A stretch of DNA of 64,000 bases from NCBI GenBank assembly GCA_037968675.1, contig JBBKVY010000095.1, positions 7,294-71,293 on the forward strand. The letters are read 5' to 3'. This document shows positions 48,260 through 58,061 of the stretch, in pieces (positions within the stretch are counted from its first letter, which is position 1; every line of letters starts with the position of its first letter). The notes beneath the pieces were generated by a model. That model saw nothing but the letters and a program-made list of their open reading frames with translations, made no database searches and was not told the DNA's origin. The translations under genes were made by a program, and so were the position numbers. The stretch is from Acidimicrobiales bacterium. Lineage in GTDB: Bacteria; Actinomycetota; Acidimicrobiia; Acidimicrobiales; Salinilacustritrichaceae.

Positions 48260-49555
48260 ATGAGACCCACGAGCAAAGTGCTTCGTCTGCTCGCCGCACT
48301 GCTGGCCCTGGCGCTCGTCGCCGCAGCGTGCGGTGACGACGACGACAACGCTGGCGGCGGCGACACCGGCGGAACCGACACCGACCAACCCAGCGGCGGC
48401 GGCGAAGAGGTCGGCGTCGACCGAGATGCAGGGACGATCAGCCTCGGCGTGATCACTCCACTGACCGGCCCCGTCTCGATCATCGGCCTGCCGCTGTCCA
48501 AGGGTGCCCAGGTCTACTGGGACAGCGTGAACGCCGACGGTGGCGTCGGCGGCGAGCTCATGGTCGAGCTCGTCACCGAGGACAACGAATACAACCCGCA
48601 GACCACTGTCGACGTCTACAACCGGATCAAGGGCGACGTCGCACTGTTCGGCCAGATCCTCGGCACGCCGCCGACCCAAGCGGTGCTTCCCCAGCTCTCG
48701 AGCGACAACATCCTCGCAGCGCCGGCATCGCTCGACGCCGAGTGGGTCGGCGAGGAGTACCTGATCCCGGTGGGTGCGCCCTACCAGATCCAGTCGGCCA
48801 ACGGCCTGACCTGGTGGCACGAGACACAGTCCGAGGGCGATGACACCTACTGCGCCATCATCCAGGACGATCCGTACGGTGACGCCGGACTCGCGGGCTT
48901 CGAGACCGCAGCCGACGACCTCGGCATCGAGGTCGCCGAGGTCGCCCGCTACGCGGGTGGCGCCGAAGACGTCACCGCCCAGGTCGGCCAGCTCAGCGAC
49001 GCTGGGTGCACGGTCAACCTGATCGTGTCCACGCCGTCCGACACCGGCACCGTCTTCGGTGCCGCTGCCGGTGCCGAGTACACGCCCACGTGGCTCGGCC
49101 AGTCGCCGAGCTACATCGGCGCACTCGCCGCCAGCCCCCTCGCTCCGTACCTGGAGGCCACCTTCTACCTGCTCGCAGAGGGGACCGAATGGGGCGACAC
49201 CGAGACCCCGGGCATGGTCGACATGATCGCCGACCAGGAGGAGTACGCGCCGGACCAGGAGCCCGACACGTTCTTCATCTTCGGCTACGCCCAGGCCAAG
49301 GCGGTGCACGCCGTCCTCGAGAAGGCGTTCGAGGATGGGGACCTCAGCCGCGACGGCCTCAAAGCCGCGCTGGAGAACGTCGGCGACGTCAACTTCGACG
49401 GCCTCTTCGGTGACTACACCTACGGTCCGCCTGCGGACCGCGTCGCACCGAAGGAGACCACCATCTTCAAGTTCAACCCCGACGGTCCCGCCGGGCTCGA
49501 GAAGTTGGAGACGGTCACGTCGCCCTCGGCCGAGGGCTTCGACTTCAGTTCCTGA
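48260..49555 (+). CDS. ABC substrate-binding lipoprotein (LivK/PBP type 1 family)
   Basis: Lipobox LVAAAC, GVITPLTGP, EDNEYNPQ and GYAQA. Confidence 0.9.
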   Translation: MRPTSKVLRLLAALLALALVAAACGDDDDNAGGGDTGGTDTDQPSGGGEEVGVDRDAGTISLGVITPLTGPVSIIGLPLSKGAQVYWDSVNADGGVGGELMVELVTEDNEYNPQTTVDVYNRIKGDVALFGQILGTPPTQAVLPQLSSDNILAAPASLDAEWVGEEYLIPVGAPYQIQSANGLTWWHETQSEGDDTYCAIIQDDPYGDAGLAGFETAADDLGIEVAEVARYAGGAEDVTAQVGQLSDAGCTVNLIVSTPSDTGTVFGAAAGAEYTPTWLGQSPSYIGALAASPLAPYLEATFYLLAEGTEWGDTETPGMVDMIADQEEYAPDQEPDTFFIFGYAQAKAVHAVLEKAFEDGDLSRDGLKAALENVGDVNFDGLFGDYTYGPPADRVAPKETTIFKFNPDGPAGLEKLETVTSPSAEGFDFSS

Positions 49556-49577
49556 CGCGCGATGCGCTGCGTCGCCC

Positions 49578-49611
49578 GGGGCCCCGTTCCATCTCGGTGG
49601 GGCGGGGCCCC
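49578..49611. terminator. Hairpin between the ABC operon and a convergent gene
   Basis: GGGGCCCCG...CGGGGCCCC stem. Confidence 0.65.
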
Positions 49612-49621
49612 GTCTCCTCGC

Positions 49622-50221
49622 TCAGGCGAGGAGATCCTCGGCGATCTGACGGACCTGTCGGTCGCGATCGTCGAGAGCGCGGCGGAGCGCTGCGTCGACC
49701 TGGGGACCCTCGAACGCAGCAAGCGCCACCACGGCTCGACGTCTGAGCGTGGCGCGCTCGTCGAGCGCGGCCAGTATCGCCGGGAGGCCCACGGGATCAC
49801 CGATGGCGCCGAGGGCCGCCACAGCGGCTTCGCGCACCAAGTGCTCGTCGTGTCCGGTCGCAACCCGCGCAAGCACCTGCGCCGCCGTGGTCTCGGGCGG
49901 GACGCGTTCGCCGCTCGCCCATGCGGCGGTCTCGGCGACGACCGGGTCAGGGTCGTCGATCAGGGACACGATCGACGGGGGACGATCCCCGGGGCGCCCC
50001 GCCGCGATGGTCGCCGCCCGCCGACGCACGCCCGCCTCGGGGTCGCGGAGCGCGTCCTCGAGTTCGCCGACGTGCACGGCGTCCAGGCGCGCCAATGCGC
50101 CCAGTGCGGTTGATCGAACCGAGCCCGAGGGGTCGCCGAGCAGCGTTCGTGCCGTGCGCACGTCTCCGGTGTGCCCGGCCACGGCAGCGGCTCGCCGCCG
50201 AGCCGCACCGTCGGCGCTCAT
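49622..50221 (-). CDS. HEAT-repeat protein
   Basis: Repeated D/P-x-x-x-VR-x-x-A-x-x-ALG units (DPSGSVRSTALGAL, EHLVREAAVAALG, DRQVRQIA). Confidence 0.85.
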   Translation of the reverse strand: MSADGAARRRAAAVAGHTGDVRTARTLLGDPSGSVRSTALGALARLDAVHVGELEDALRDPEAGVRRRAATIAAGRPGDRPPSIVSLIDDPDPVVAETAAWASGERVPPETTAAQVLARVATGHDEHLVREAAVAALGAIGDPVGLPAILAALDERATLRRRAVVALAAFEGPQVDAALRRALDDRDRQVRQIAEDLLA

Positions 50222-50658
50222 CAGATCGCGTTGCCGATGAGCTCGGCTGCACCACCGACGATCGCACCGAGCAGTGCGGCGATGCCCACACCGATGACCA
50301 CCACGATCACCACGAGGCCGACCAGGCTGAGCACGCGGCGTGCGATCGACGGCCGGACGAGATCGGCCAGTCGTCCCTCGACGGCCGTCTGAGACGCCGG
50401 CACCGAACCCCGCTGGCGTCGTCGCCACGGTCCGGACGACCTGCCTCGCAACGGTGGCGGCTCGTCGTCGGTCTCCGGTTCGGGGTTCGGTCGAGGAGCG
50501 CCTTCGCGGACCGGTGTCGCGTCCGCCACGGCGACGGCGGCGGCGGTCCGGCCGCGTCGGGATCCACCGCCGTTCGTGGCAGGCTTTCTCTCGGCCATGG
50601 ACACGGCCAAGAGGCCGACGCCACCACCGAGTACCACGAGCAGGATCAACGTGAGCAC
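50221..50658 (-). CDS. Hypothetical membrane protein (start uncertain)
   Basis: N-terminal TM helix, Pro/Arg linker and C-terminal TM helix (RRVLSLVGLVVIVVVIGVGIAALLG). TGATG coupling to the HEAT gene. Confidence 0.65.
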   Translation of the reverse strand: MLTLILLVVLGGGVGLLAVSMAERKPATNGGGSRRGRTAAAVAVADATPVREGAPRPNPEPETDDEPPPLRGRSSGPWRRRQRGSVPASQTAVEGRLADLVRPSIARRVLSLVGLVVIVVVIGVGIAALLGAIVGGAAELIGNAI

Positions 50659-51757
50659 AGACGAAGCGATGGTACCGGCGGACGCCGAGACGGTCGGGGC
50701 ATCGGCGCCTGTCCGTCGCCGGGTCTGGCGGTGGTGGTTGGCCGGGGGCGTGCTGTTCGCGTTGGCTGGAGCGGTCCTCGCTGCGGTCACGGTGACGATC
50801 CCGTACTACGAGTTCCGACCGGGATCCGCACGTCCCATCGCTGGGCTGGTCGAGGTGTCCGACGTGGAGTCCTACCCGCCCCAGAGCGACCTCGCCTACA
50901 CCACGGTGTCGTTGCGTCACAGCACCGTGGCGTCGTACCTCGCGGCCATGTTCGACGACGACATCGAGATCGTGGAGGACACCGTCGTCCTGGGCGACCG
51001 GTCCGAGACCGAGAACCGTCAGTTCAACCTGCAGCTGATGGACACGTCGAAACAGGACGCGATCCGCGTTGCGCTCGTCGCGCTGGGCTACGACGTCCCG
51101 ATCACCGTGAGCGGCATCGTGGTCGTGCGGGTATTGGAGGGGTCGGCCGCCGATGGGCTCCTGGCGGTCGGCGACGCGATCGTGTCGATCGACGGTGAAG
51201 AACTGGCGGTCGCGTCCGACGTCGCCCGGATCATGGACCCCAAGCAGCCCGGTGACGTGGTCACCCTGGGGGTCGAGCCCCCCGATCGATCAGAGATCCG
51301 TCCGGTCGAGGTCACCCTCGGCGCCGCACCCGACGACCCGAATCGGGGTGTCATCGGGATCGAGCTCCAACCGCGAGACCCGAACTACGAGTATCCGTTC
51401 CCGATCGACATCGACTCGGGCAGCGTCGGCGGTCCCTCGGCCGGTCTCGCGTTCTCGCTCGGCATCATCGACGTGTTGACCCCGGGCGAACTCACCGGCG
51501 GCCTCGACGTCGCGGTGACCGGCACGATCGACCGCGACGGCAACGTCGGCACGGTCGGCGGTGTGGTGCAGAAGACCGCAGTCGTGACCGGCGCCGGCTA
51601 CGACGTGTTCCTGGTCCCCCGCGATGAGGTGGACGACGTGCGCGCCCGGGCCGGAGACGACCTCCAGGTCATCCCGGTCGACACCCTGGACGAGGCCCTC
51701 GACGCCCTGGCCTCGCTGGGTGGGAGCGGTTTCGAGATCGCGGCTGCGCCCCGATGA
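50651..51757 (+). CDS. YlbL family PDZ/Lon-protease-like protein (start 50651 or 50669)
   Basis: PYYEFRPGS, MDTSKQDA, a PDZ, and Lon S16 motifs VGGPSAGLAF and VGGVVQK. Confidence 0.9.
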   Translation: MSTDEAMVPADAETVGASAPVRRRVWRWWLAGGVLFALAGAVLAAVTVTIPYYEFRPGSARPIAGLVEVSDVESYPPQSDLAYTTVSLRHSTVASYLAAMFDDDIEIVEDTVVLGDRSETENRQFNLQLMDTSKQDAIRVALVALGYDVPITVSGIVVVRVLEGSAADGLLAVGDAIVSIDGEELAVASDVARIMDPKQPGDVVTLGVEPPDRSEIRPVEVTLGAAPDDPNRGVIGIELQPRDPNYEYPFPIDIDSGSVGGPSAGLAFSLGIIDVLTPGELTGGLDVAVTGTIDRDGNVGTVGGVVQKTAVVTGAGYDVFLVPRDEVDDVRARAGDDLQVIPVDTLDEALDALASLGGSGFEIAAAPR

Positions 51758-51840
51758 TCGCTCTCGACGCCTGATCGACCGGCTCGTCGACGTGTCGAGG
51801 GTCGCCGGCCGAGCCCGAGCCCGGGAATAGGGTTGCGGGG

Positions 51841-53907
51841 ATGACTGACGACCCGCGTATCGACCCGGCAGACCTGCGGGCGGTCCGGTTTCCCGGGTCG
51901 TTCCGTCGGTACGAGGCCCGTGCCGTCGACGAGTTCCTCGAGTCGGTCGCGCAGCGGATCGAGTCCACCAACGACATCGTCGACGATCTCCGTCGCCAGC
52001 TCGAGGACTCGGGCGTGCACGCCGCGGGCGGATCCACGGCATTCACCCTCCTCCCACGCGAGGAGCCGGTGTTCGACGCTTCGGACGCACCGGATACACC
52101 GGGCCCGGAGCCCGCACGGTCAGCGATGGCGCCGTCGGACGCACCGAATCTGGGGACGCTGAGCGACGACGAGCTGGTCGGGCTGGTGGGTCAGGAGACC
52201 GCACACGTCCTGTCGACTGCCCGCCACGCCGCCGACGACATCCGATCGAAGGCCGAGGAGTCCGCGGCCCGAGTGATCCGTGAAGCCACGGCCGAGTCCA
52301 AGCGGCTGGTCGACGAGGCAGAGCAGCGATCGGTCGAACTGACGGCCGAGGCACAGTCGGTGCGCGACGCCGCGGTCGGGGCGGCCGAGGAGGAGGGGCG
52401 ACGTCTCCGGGCCGAGGCCGAGGCGGCAGCGGAGCAGATCCGGGTGCAGGCCGATGCCGAGGCGGAAGCGGCAACCGAACACGCAACACGGATCCGCGGC
52501 GAGGCCGAGACCGAGGCGGCGCGTGCGATCGAAGAAGCACGTGAAGAGGGCCGAACCATGGTCGGTGAGGCCAAGGAGGTCCGGGCCCGGATCCTGGCCG
52601 ACCTCCAGCGACGACGCGACGCGGGCCGCTCGCAGGTCGAGCGCCTCGCCGCTGGTCGGGGGCGACTGCTCGATGCATACGCCACCGTGCGCGCCAACGT
52701 CGACGACATCACCACCCAACTCGACAGCGCGCTGGTCGAGGAGCCCGAGCCCGAATCCGTCGATCTCGAATCCGAGATCGACGGCGCTGCTGCCCACGTC
52801 GCCGCGGCGGAGGCCGAGCGCGCGGCTGCGTCCGCGGCCGACGACGAAACCGACGAACTCGACGATGCCGACGCGATGGATGACGGCGTGGTCGACGAAC
52901 CTGCGCCCGACGCACCTGCGGAAGGCTCGGCGACGGCCGACGAGACCGAGGCGGATGCGCCGTACGACCATGCGGGGGTGGCGGATGAGGACGGGTCGGT
53001 CGACGAGCGATCGGACGACCACGACGCGACCGGCGACCCGGACGATGGCGCGGAGGACGATTCGGAGGACGGCGACGTCGATGCGCTGTTCGAACGGATC
53101 CGGTCCGGACGGGCCGAGTCGGTGGCACGAGCACAGCAGGTACTTGGCGACGACGAGGGTTCCCCGCCCACACCCGAGTCCGAGCCCGAGCCCGAGTCCG
53201 CGGGAGCACAGGAGGCCGACACGATCGCGGACGAGGGCGGCGGCGCCGACCAGGTCCCCGTCGACATGTTGGCGGTCGGTCCGGTGCACGAACACCGGAG
53301 CGAGGTCGTCTCGAAGCTCGAGAAGTCGTTGTCGCGAGCGCTCAAGCGCCACCTCGCCGACGAGCAGAACGAGGTGCTCGACGCCCTCCGACAGACCGAA
53401 TCGACCGATGCCGGCGATCTGTTGCCGGTGCGCGACGCTCAGGTCGGCGGCTATGCCGACGTGGCGATCAAGGGCCTCGCTGCCGCGGCGAAGGCCGGCG
53501 CATCGTCGACCGATGGCGTCGAGGCCGACGTCGGACCCCTGGCCGTGCGCTTGGCCGAGTCGCTGGTCGACCCGTTCCGGCGTCGTATCGAGGACAGCGC
53601 AGCCGATGTCGAGGGCGATGCCGACGCCCTCGACGAGCGACTCCGTGCGCTGTACCGGGAATGGAAGGTCGAGCGCATCGGCCCTGTCGTGTCCGACGCG
53701 CTCTTGTCGGCCTTCGGGGCCGGACAACTCGCCGCTGCGCCCGACGGGGCTCGGCTGCGTTGGCTCATCGACCCGGAACAGGGTCCATGTCCCGACGCGC
53801 AGGACAATGCGCTCGCCGGAGCGGTCACCAAGGGCGAGTCGTTCCCCACCGGCGATGCCTGTCCGCAGGCGCATCCCGGTTGTCGCTGTCTCCTCGCGGT
53901 GGAGTGA
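51841..53907 (+). CDS. DivIVA-domain coiled-coil protein with C-terminal phage MuF-like domain
   Basis: N-terminal DivIVA motif (DLRAVRFPGSFRRYEARAVDEFLESVA), a long coiled coil, an acidic linker and a C-terminal W..D..C....G..F..G...P.AHPGCRC. TAGGGT lies 7 nt before the ATG. Confidence 0.8.
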   Translation: MTDDPRIDPADLRAVRFPGSFRRYEARAVDEFLESVAQRIESTNDIVDDLRRQLEDSGVHAAGGSTAFTLLPREEPVFDASDAPDTPGPEPARSAMAPSDAPNLGTLSDDELVGLVGQETAHVLSTARHAADDIRSKAEESAARVIREATAESKRLVDEAEQRSVELTAEAQSVRDAAVGAAEEEGRRLRAEAEAAAEQIRVQADAEAEAATEHATRIRGEAETEAARAIEEAREEGRTMVGEAKEVRARILADLQRRRDAGRSQVERLAAGRGRLLDAYATVRANVDDITTQLDSALVEEPEPESVDLESEIDGAAAHVAAAEAERAAASAADDETDELDDADAMDDGVVDEPAPDAPAEGSATADETEADAPYDHAGVADEDGSVDERSDDHDATGDPDDGAEDDSEDGDVDALFERIRSGRAESVARAQQVLGDDEGSPPTPESEPEPESAGAQEADTIADEGGGADQVPVDMLAVGPVHEHRSEVVSKLEKSLSRALKRHLADEQNEVLDALRQTESTDAGDLLPVRDAQVGGYADVAIKGLAAAAKAGASSTDGVEADVGPLAVRLAESLVDPFRRRIEDSAADVEGDADALDERLRALYREWKVERIGPVVSDALLSAFGAGQLAAAPDGARLRWLIDPEQGPCPDAQDNALAGAVTKGESFPTGDACPQAHPGCRCLLAVE

Positions 53908-53969
53908 ATCGCGCTCGACGGACCCTCGCGCAAGGGTCCTGAGCGCCCGTCGGTAGGATCGGACGCCAC

Positions 53970-56900
53970 ATGCGTCCCCCGTCTGACATGCCCCAGCCCC
54001 GTCGTCGAACACCCCGCACCCGTGGTGACGGTTCGAACCGCGGTCGCACGATCCTCATCGTCGCCGCCATCGCGCTGTTCTTCCTGATCACGTCGCTACG
54101 CGGCATCGCCGGCTTCTACACCGACTTCCTGTGGTTCGACTCCCTCGGCTACGACGGTGTCTGGTCCGGGGTGCTCGGCGCCAAGGTCTCGCTCGCGGTC
54201 ATCTTCGTCGCAGCGTTCTTCGTCGTGTGCTGGGTGAACCTCTACATCGCCGACCGGCTGGCCCCGAAGTTCCCGCCCGCAGGTCCCGAACAGGACGCGC
54301 TCGACCGCTTCCGCGACGCCATCGGACACCGCACCGGTCTGTTCCGTGCAGTGGTCGCCTTCGTGCTCGCCCTGCTCATGGGCGTCGGGATGAGTCAGGA
54401 GTGGCGCGAGTGGCTGCTCTTCACCAACGGCGGAGACTGGGGCCGGTCCGATGCGCAGTTCTCGACCGACATCGGCTTCTACGTTTTCAAGCTCCCGTTC
54501 CTGAAGTCGGTCACCGACTGGGCCTTCGCGTCGGTCCTGATCGTGCTCGTGGTCACGATCGCCGCGCACTTCGCCAACGGCGGGATACGGGTCCAGCCGA
54601 CCGGGCCCGGGAAGGTGAGCCCCACGGTCACGTCGCAGGTCAAGGCGCACATGTCCGTGCTCCTCGGCGTGCTCGCCCTCATCCGAGCCGCCGGCTACAT
54701 GCTCGAGCGCTACGAGCTCACGACCTCGACCCGTGGCGTGGTCGACGGCGCCGGCTTCACCGACGTCAACGCACAACTGCCGGTCCTGAACCTGCTGATC
54801 CTGATCTCGGTCGCCTCGTTCGCCCTGTTCATCGTGAACATCTGGCGCCGTGGCTGGGTGCTCCCGATCCTCGGTGTCGGTCTGTGGGGCCTGGTCGCCG
54901 TGGTGGCCGGCGGGATCTACCCGCAGGTGATCCAGCGGTTCCAGGTGTCACCGAACGAGTTGTCGAAGGAGAGCGAGTTCATCGACCGCAACATCGCGGC
55001 GACCCGTGACGCGCTCGGTCTGGGGGAGGTCGACACCACCAGCTACGAACTGACCCGCGACGAATCCGATGTGAACCTGTCCGACAACATCGAGACGGTG
55101 CAGAACATCCGCCTGTGGGACCCCTCGTCGGTCGTGCTCGGCCAGACCTTCCCGCGGCTCGAGGAGTTGTTGCCGTACTACACGCTCAATGACGTCGACG
55201 TCGACCGCTACACGATCGACGGGGAACTGAGCCAGGTCGTGCTGTCGGCTCGGGACCTCGACTCGACCGGGCTGCCCCAGTCGTCGTGGGAAGCCGAACA
55301 CATCATCTACACCCACGGCTACGGCATGGTGCTGGCCTCCGGGACCACCAAGACGGCACAGGGTCGCCCCGATTTCGCGCTCCAGCAGGTGCCGGTCAGG
55401 GAGAACACCGACCTCGAGCTCACTCGACCGCAGATCTACTTCGGCGAGAACCTCCGCGGCTACGTCATCACCGGTGGAACCCGTGAGGAACTCGATTTCC
55501 AGGACGGCGCCGACACGACGAACACGGTCTACGACGGCCCCGACGGCGTGGACATCGGCGGGATCGTCGACAAGGCCGCGTTCGCCCTCCGATTCGGCGA
55601 CTACAACCCGTTGATCTCGAACCTGATCGACAGCGACTCGAAGATCCACTACATCCGTGACGTCCGCGAACGGGTCGAGACGTTGGCGCCGTTCCTCGAG
55701 TTCGACGCCGATCCGTACCCGGTCATCAACGACGCCGGCGAGATCATCTGGATCCTCGACGCCTACACGACGAGCAATCGGTATCCGTACGCCCAACGCG
55801 CCGACAACAGCGGCTTGCCGGGCGCGACCGGGCTCGACGGTCGCTTCAACTACGTCCGCAACTCGGTCAAGGCCGTGGTCGACGCCTACGACGGCAGCGT
55901 CGACTTCTATGTGATCGACGAGGAGGATCCGGTCATCGCGGCGTGGCGTAGCGCCTTCCCCGAACTGTTCACCGACTTCGACCAGATGCCCGAAGACCTG
56001 CTCGACAATCTGCGCTACCCCGAGGACCTGTTCCGGGTGCAGACCAACATGTGGGGCGACTACCACGTCACCAGCGCGAGCACCTTCTACAACAACAACG
56101 ACGCCTGGAACGTCGCCCTCGACCCGGGCACAGCCGGCGCCGGTCCGGCGACCCAGACGACCAACGCCGCCGGGCAGCCCGTCGGTCCATCCGTGGGTGC
56201 CCGCATCGATCCGTACTACCTGCTCACGCAGCTGCCCGGAGAGGACCGGGCCGAGTTCGTGATGCTGCGCACCTTCGTGCCGGTGGGCAACGACCAGAAC
56301 CAGCTGTTGACCGCGTTCATGGTCGCCCGGTCCGACCCGGGGCACTACGGCGAACTGGTCAGCTACGAGATGCCACGCCAGAACCGACCCGACGGTCCGG
56401 CCATCGTCGCCGACGCCATCCAGTCCGATCCCACGGTGTCCGAGCAGCAGACGCTGCTGGGTGGGAGCGGCTCGGAGGTCAAGTTCGGCAACTTGATCCT
56501 CGTTCCGGTCGACAACGCCCTGGTCTACGTGCGTCCATTCTACGTCGAGTCCGACCAGGTCCGGATCCCCGAGCTCAAGAAGGTCGTCGCGTTCTACGAG
56601 TCCGACGTGGCCATCTCCAACACGCTCGCCGGCGCGCTCGGCCAGTTGTTCGACGAGGTCCCGAACCTCGATGAGATCGTCGACGAGCCAGATCCCGACC
56701 CCAACAATCCGGACGGCTCCCCGCCGGATCAACCAGGGGAGCCGGGCCCGGAGCTCGGCGTGAACGAACAGGCGGCGCAGCTGCTCGAGGACGCCGAGGA
56801 ACTGTTCCAGGAGTCACGCGACGCGCTCGCCGAGAGCGACCTCGGGACCTACCAGTCGAAGAACGACGAGGCCGAGAGCAAGGTGAGCGAGGCGCTGGAG

Positions 56901-56993
56901 CTCCTCGCCCAGTCGACCACGACGACCACCGGGCCGCCGGACGCCACGACCACCACGGTCGCACAGGAGGAGGCGCTGGCGCCCCGCAACTGA
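53970..56993 (+). CDS. UPF0182 family membrane protein
   Basis: YTDFLWF, DIGFYVFKLP, NIRLWDP, DVDRY, YTHGYG, DAYTTSNRYPY and NYVRNSVKAVVDAYDG. Confidence 0.95.
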   Translation: MRPPSDMPQPRRRTPRTRGDGSNRGRTILIVAAIALFFLITSLRGIAGFYTDFLWFDSLGYDGVWSGVLGAKVSLAVIFVAAFFVVCWVNLYIADRLAPKFPPAGPEQDALDRFRDAIGHRTGLFRAVVAFVLALLMGVGMSQEWREWLLFTNGGDWGRSDAQFSTDIGFYVFKLPFLKSVTDWAFASVLIVLVVTIAAHFANGGIRVQPTGPGKVSPTVTSQVKAHMSVLLGVLALIRAAGYMLERYELTTSTRGVVDGAGFTDVNAQLPVLNLLILISVASFALFIVNIWRRGWVLPILGVGLWGLVAVVAGGIYPQVIQRFQVSPNELSKESEFIDRNIAATRDALGLGEVDTTSYELTRDESDVNLSDNIETVQNIRLWDPSSVVLGQTFPRLEELLPYYTLNDVDVDRYTIDGELSQVVLSARDLDSTGLPQSSWEAEHIIYTHGYGMVLASGTTKTAQGRPDFALQQVPVRENTDLELTRPQIYFGENLRGYVITGGTREELDFQDGADTTNTVYDGPDGVDIGGIVDKAAFALRFGDYNPLISNLIDSDSKIHYIRDVRERVETLAPFLEFDADPYPVINDAGEIIWILDAYTTSNRYPYAQRADNSGLPGATGLDGRFNYVRNSVKAVVDAYDGSVDFYVIDEEDPVIAAWRSAFPELFTDFDQMPEDLLDNLRYPEDLFRVQTNMWGDYHVTSASTFYNNNDAWNVALDPGTAGAGPATQTTNAAGQPVGPSVGARIDPYYLLTQLPGEDRAEFVMLRTFVPVGNDQNQLLTAFMVARSDPGHYGELVSYEMPRQNRPDGPAIVADAIQSDPTVSEQQTLLGGSGSEVKFGNLILVPVDNALVYVRPFYVESDQVRIPELKKVVAFYESDVAISNTLAGALGQLFDEVPNLDEIVDEPDPDPNNPDGSPPDQPGEPGPELGVNEQAAQLLEDAEELFQESRDALAESDLGTYQSKNDEAESKVSEALELLAQSTTTTTGPPDATTTTVAQEEALAPRN

Positions 56994-57003
56994 TCCCGGT
57001 GGG

Positions 57004-57390
57004 CTAGAAGCCAGTGTCGACCGGTGTGCGGCGAAGGTCGATCTCGTCGTCGAGACTTCCCCGCACCTCGCTGCGCACCGCGTCGATGCGGGCGGCGATG
57101 TTGATCTCCAACCGGGACAGTTCGGCTGCGACCTTCGCGGTGTGCGTCCGGGCGTCGGTCATGTCGTTGTGAGTCGGGCCGTCGAATCGATCGCCCAACG
57201 TCAGGGACATCGCGTCGACTCGGTGCTCGAGGTGCACGATCGACGAGTGGAGCTGGGCTGACTGCGTCGCCAGCATCTGCAGGGCCCGCTCCGTGCGGGC
57301 GAGCGCCGGTGCCGCGGCCACCGGGACCGGCACGAGTGCGTGCTCGTCGGAGGTCGCAGGAGCGGGGCGCGAGCGTCGGAACCAACCCAT
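57004..57390 (-). CDS. Small hypothetical coiled-coil protein
   Basis: MGWFRR start, heptad-like helices and coding-like GC3. Confidence 0.7.
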   Translation of the reverse strand: MGWFRRSRPAPATSDEHALVPVPVAAAPALARTERALQMLATQSAQLHSSIVHLEHRVDAMSLTLGDRFDGPTHNDMTDARTHTAKVAAELSRLEINIAARIDAVRSEVRGSLDDEIDLRRTPVDTGF

Positions 57391-57438
57391 GCTCGACCAC
57401 GGTACGGATCCGGGGCGGTTCCGTTGGTGGATGGGCGT

Positions 57439-58020
57439 TCAGGGGTAGGGAGCGACGACCTCGTCCACGAGCCGAGTCGACGGTGTGTCGGCGACCGAGC
57501 CGTCGTCCATGATCTCGCGCAGGGCCGCGACCGGTTCGGTGTCGTGGAACCAGTCGGGGTCGCCGTGGTCGACCGACCGGTTCGAGGGCATCGTCCAGTA
57601 GCTGGCTTCGAGGGCGATGCCTGTCGGATCGTTGAAGTAGATCGACCGGATGAATCCGTGGTCGACGACGTCGGTGACCTCGCAGTCGTGTTCCTTGAGC
57701 CGTCGTTGGAGCGACTCGAGCGCAGCCTCGTCGGGCAGGTTGAGCGACAGGTGGTCGAACTGGCTGGCTCCCGCCGGGTACGGGATGCCGGCCGGTTTGG
57801 CGAAGGTCTCGAGATGGGCGTCGAGGTATTCGAAGAACGCCACCGTCTGGCCGGAGCCGACGCGGAAGAAGTAGTGCTTGAAGCCGGGTGCGCCCACCGT
57901 GGCGATGATCTCGGCGCCGAGGACGCCGTGCCAGAACCGCACGGTGGCATCCATGTCGTCGGTGACCAGAGCGAGGTGGTTGATGCCGTTCCAGGCCGGT
58001 CGGGTCTCGTCAGTAGCCAT
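57439..58020 (-). CDS. VOC (glyoxalase/bleomycin resistance) family protein
   Basis: GINHLALVTDDMDATVRFW, FDHLSL and SIYFNDPTGIALE. TACGCT lies 7 nt before the ATG. Confidence 0.9.
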   Translation of the reverse strand: MATDETRPAWNGINHLALVTDDMDATVRFWHGVLGAEIIATVGAPGFKHYFFRVGSGQTVAFFEYLDAHLETFAKPAGIPYPAGASQFDHLSLNLPDEAALESLQRRLKEHDCEVTDVVDHGFIRSIYFNDPTGIALEASYWTMPSNRSVDHGDPDWFHDTEPVAALREIMDDGSVADTPSTRLVDEVVAPYP

Positions 58021-58061
58021 ACGAACAAGCGTAGAACCAGTGACGGCGTGCTGCTCGTCGT

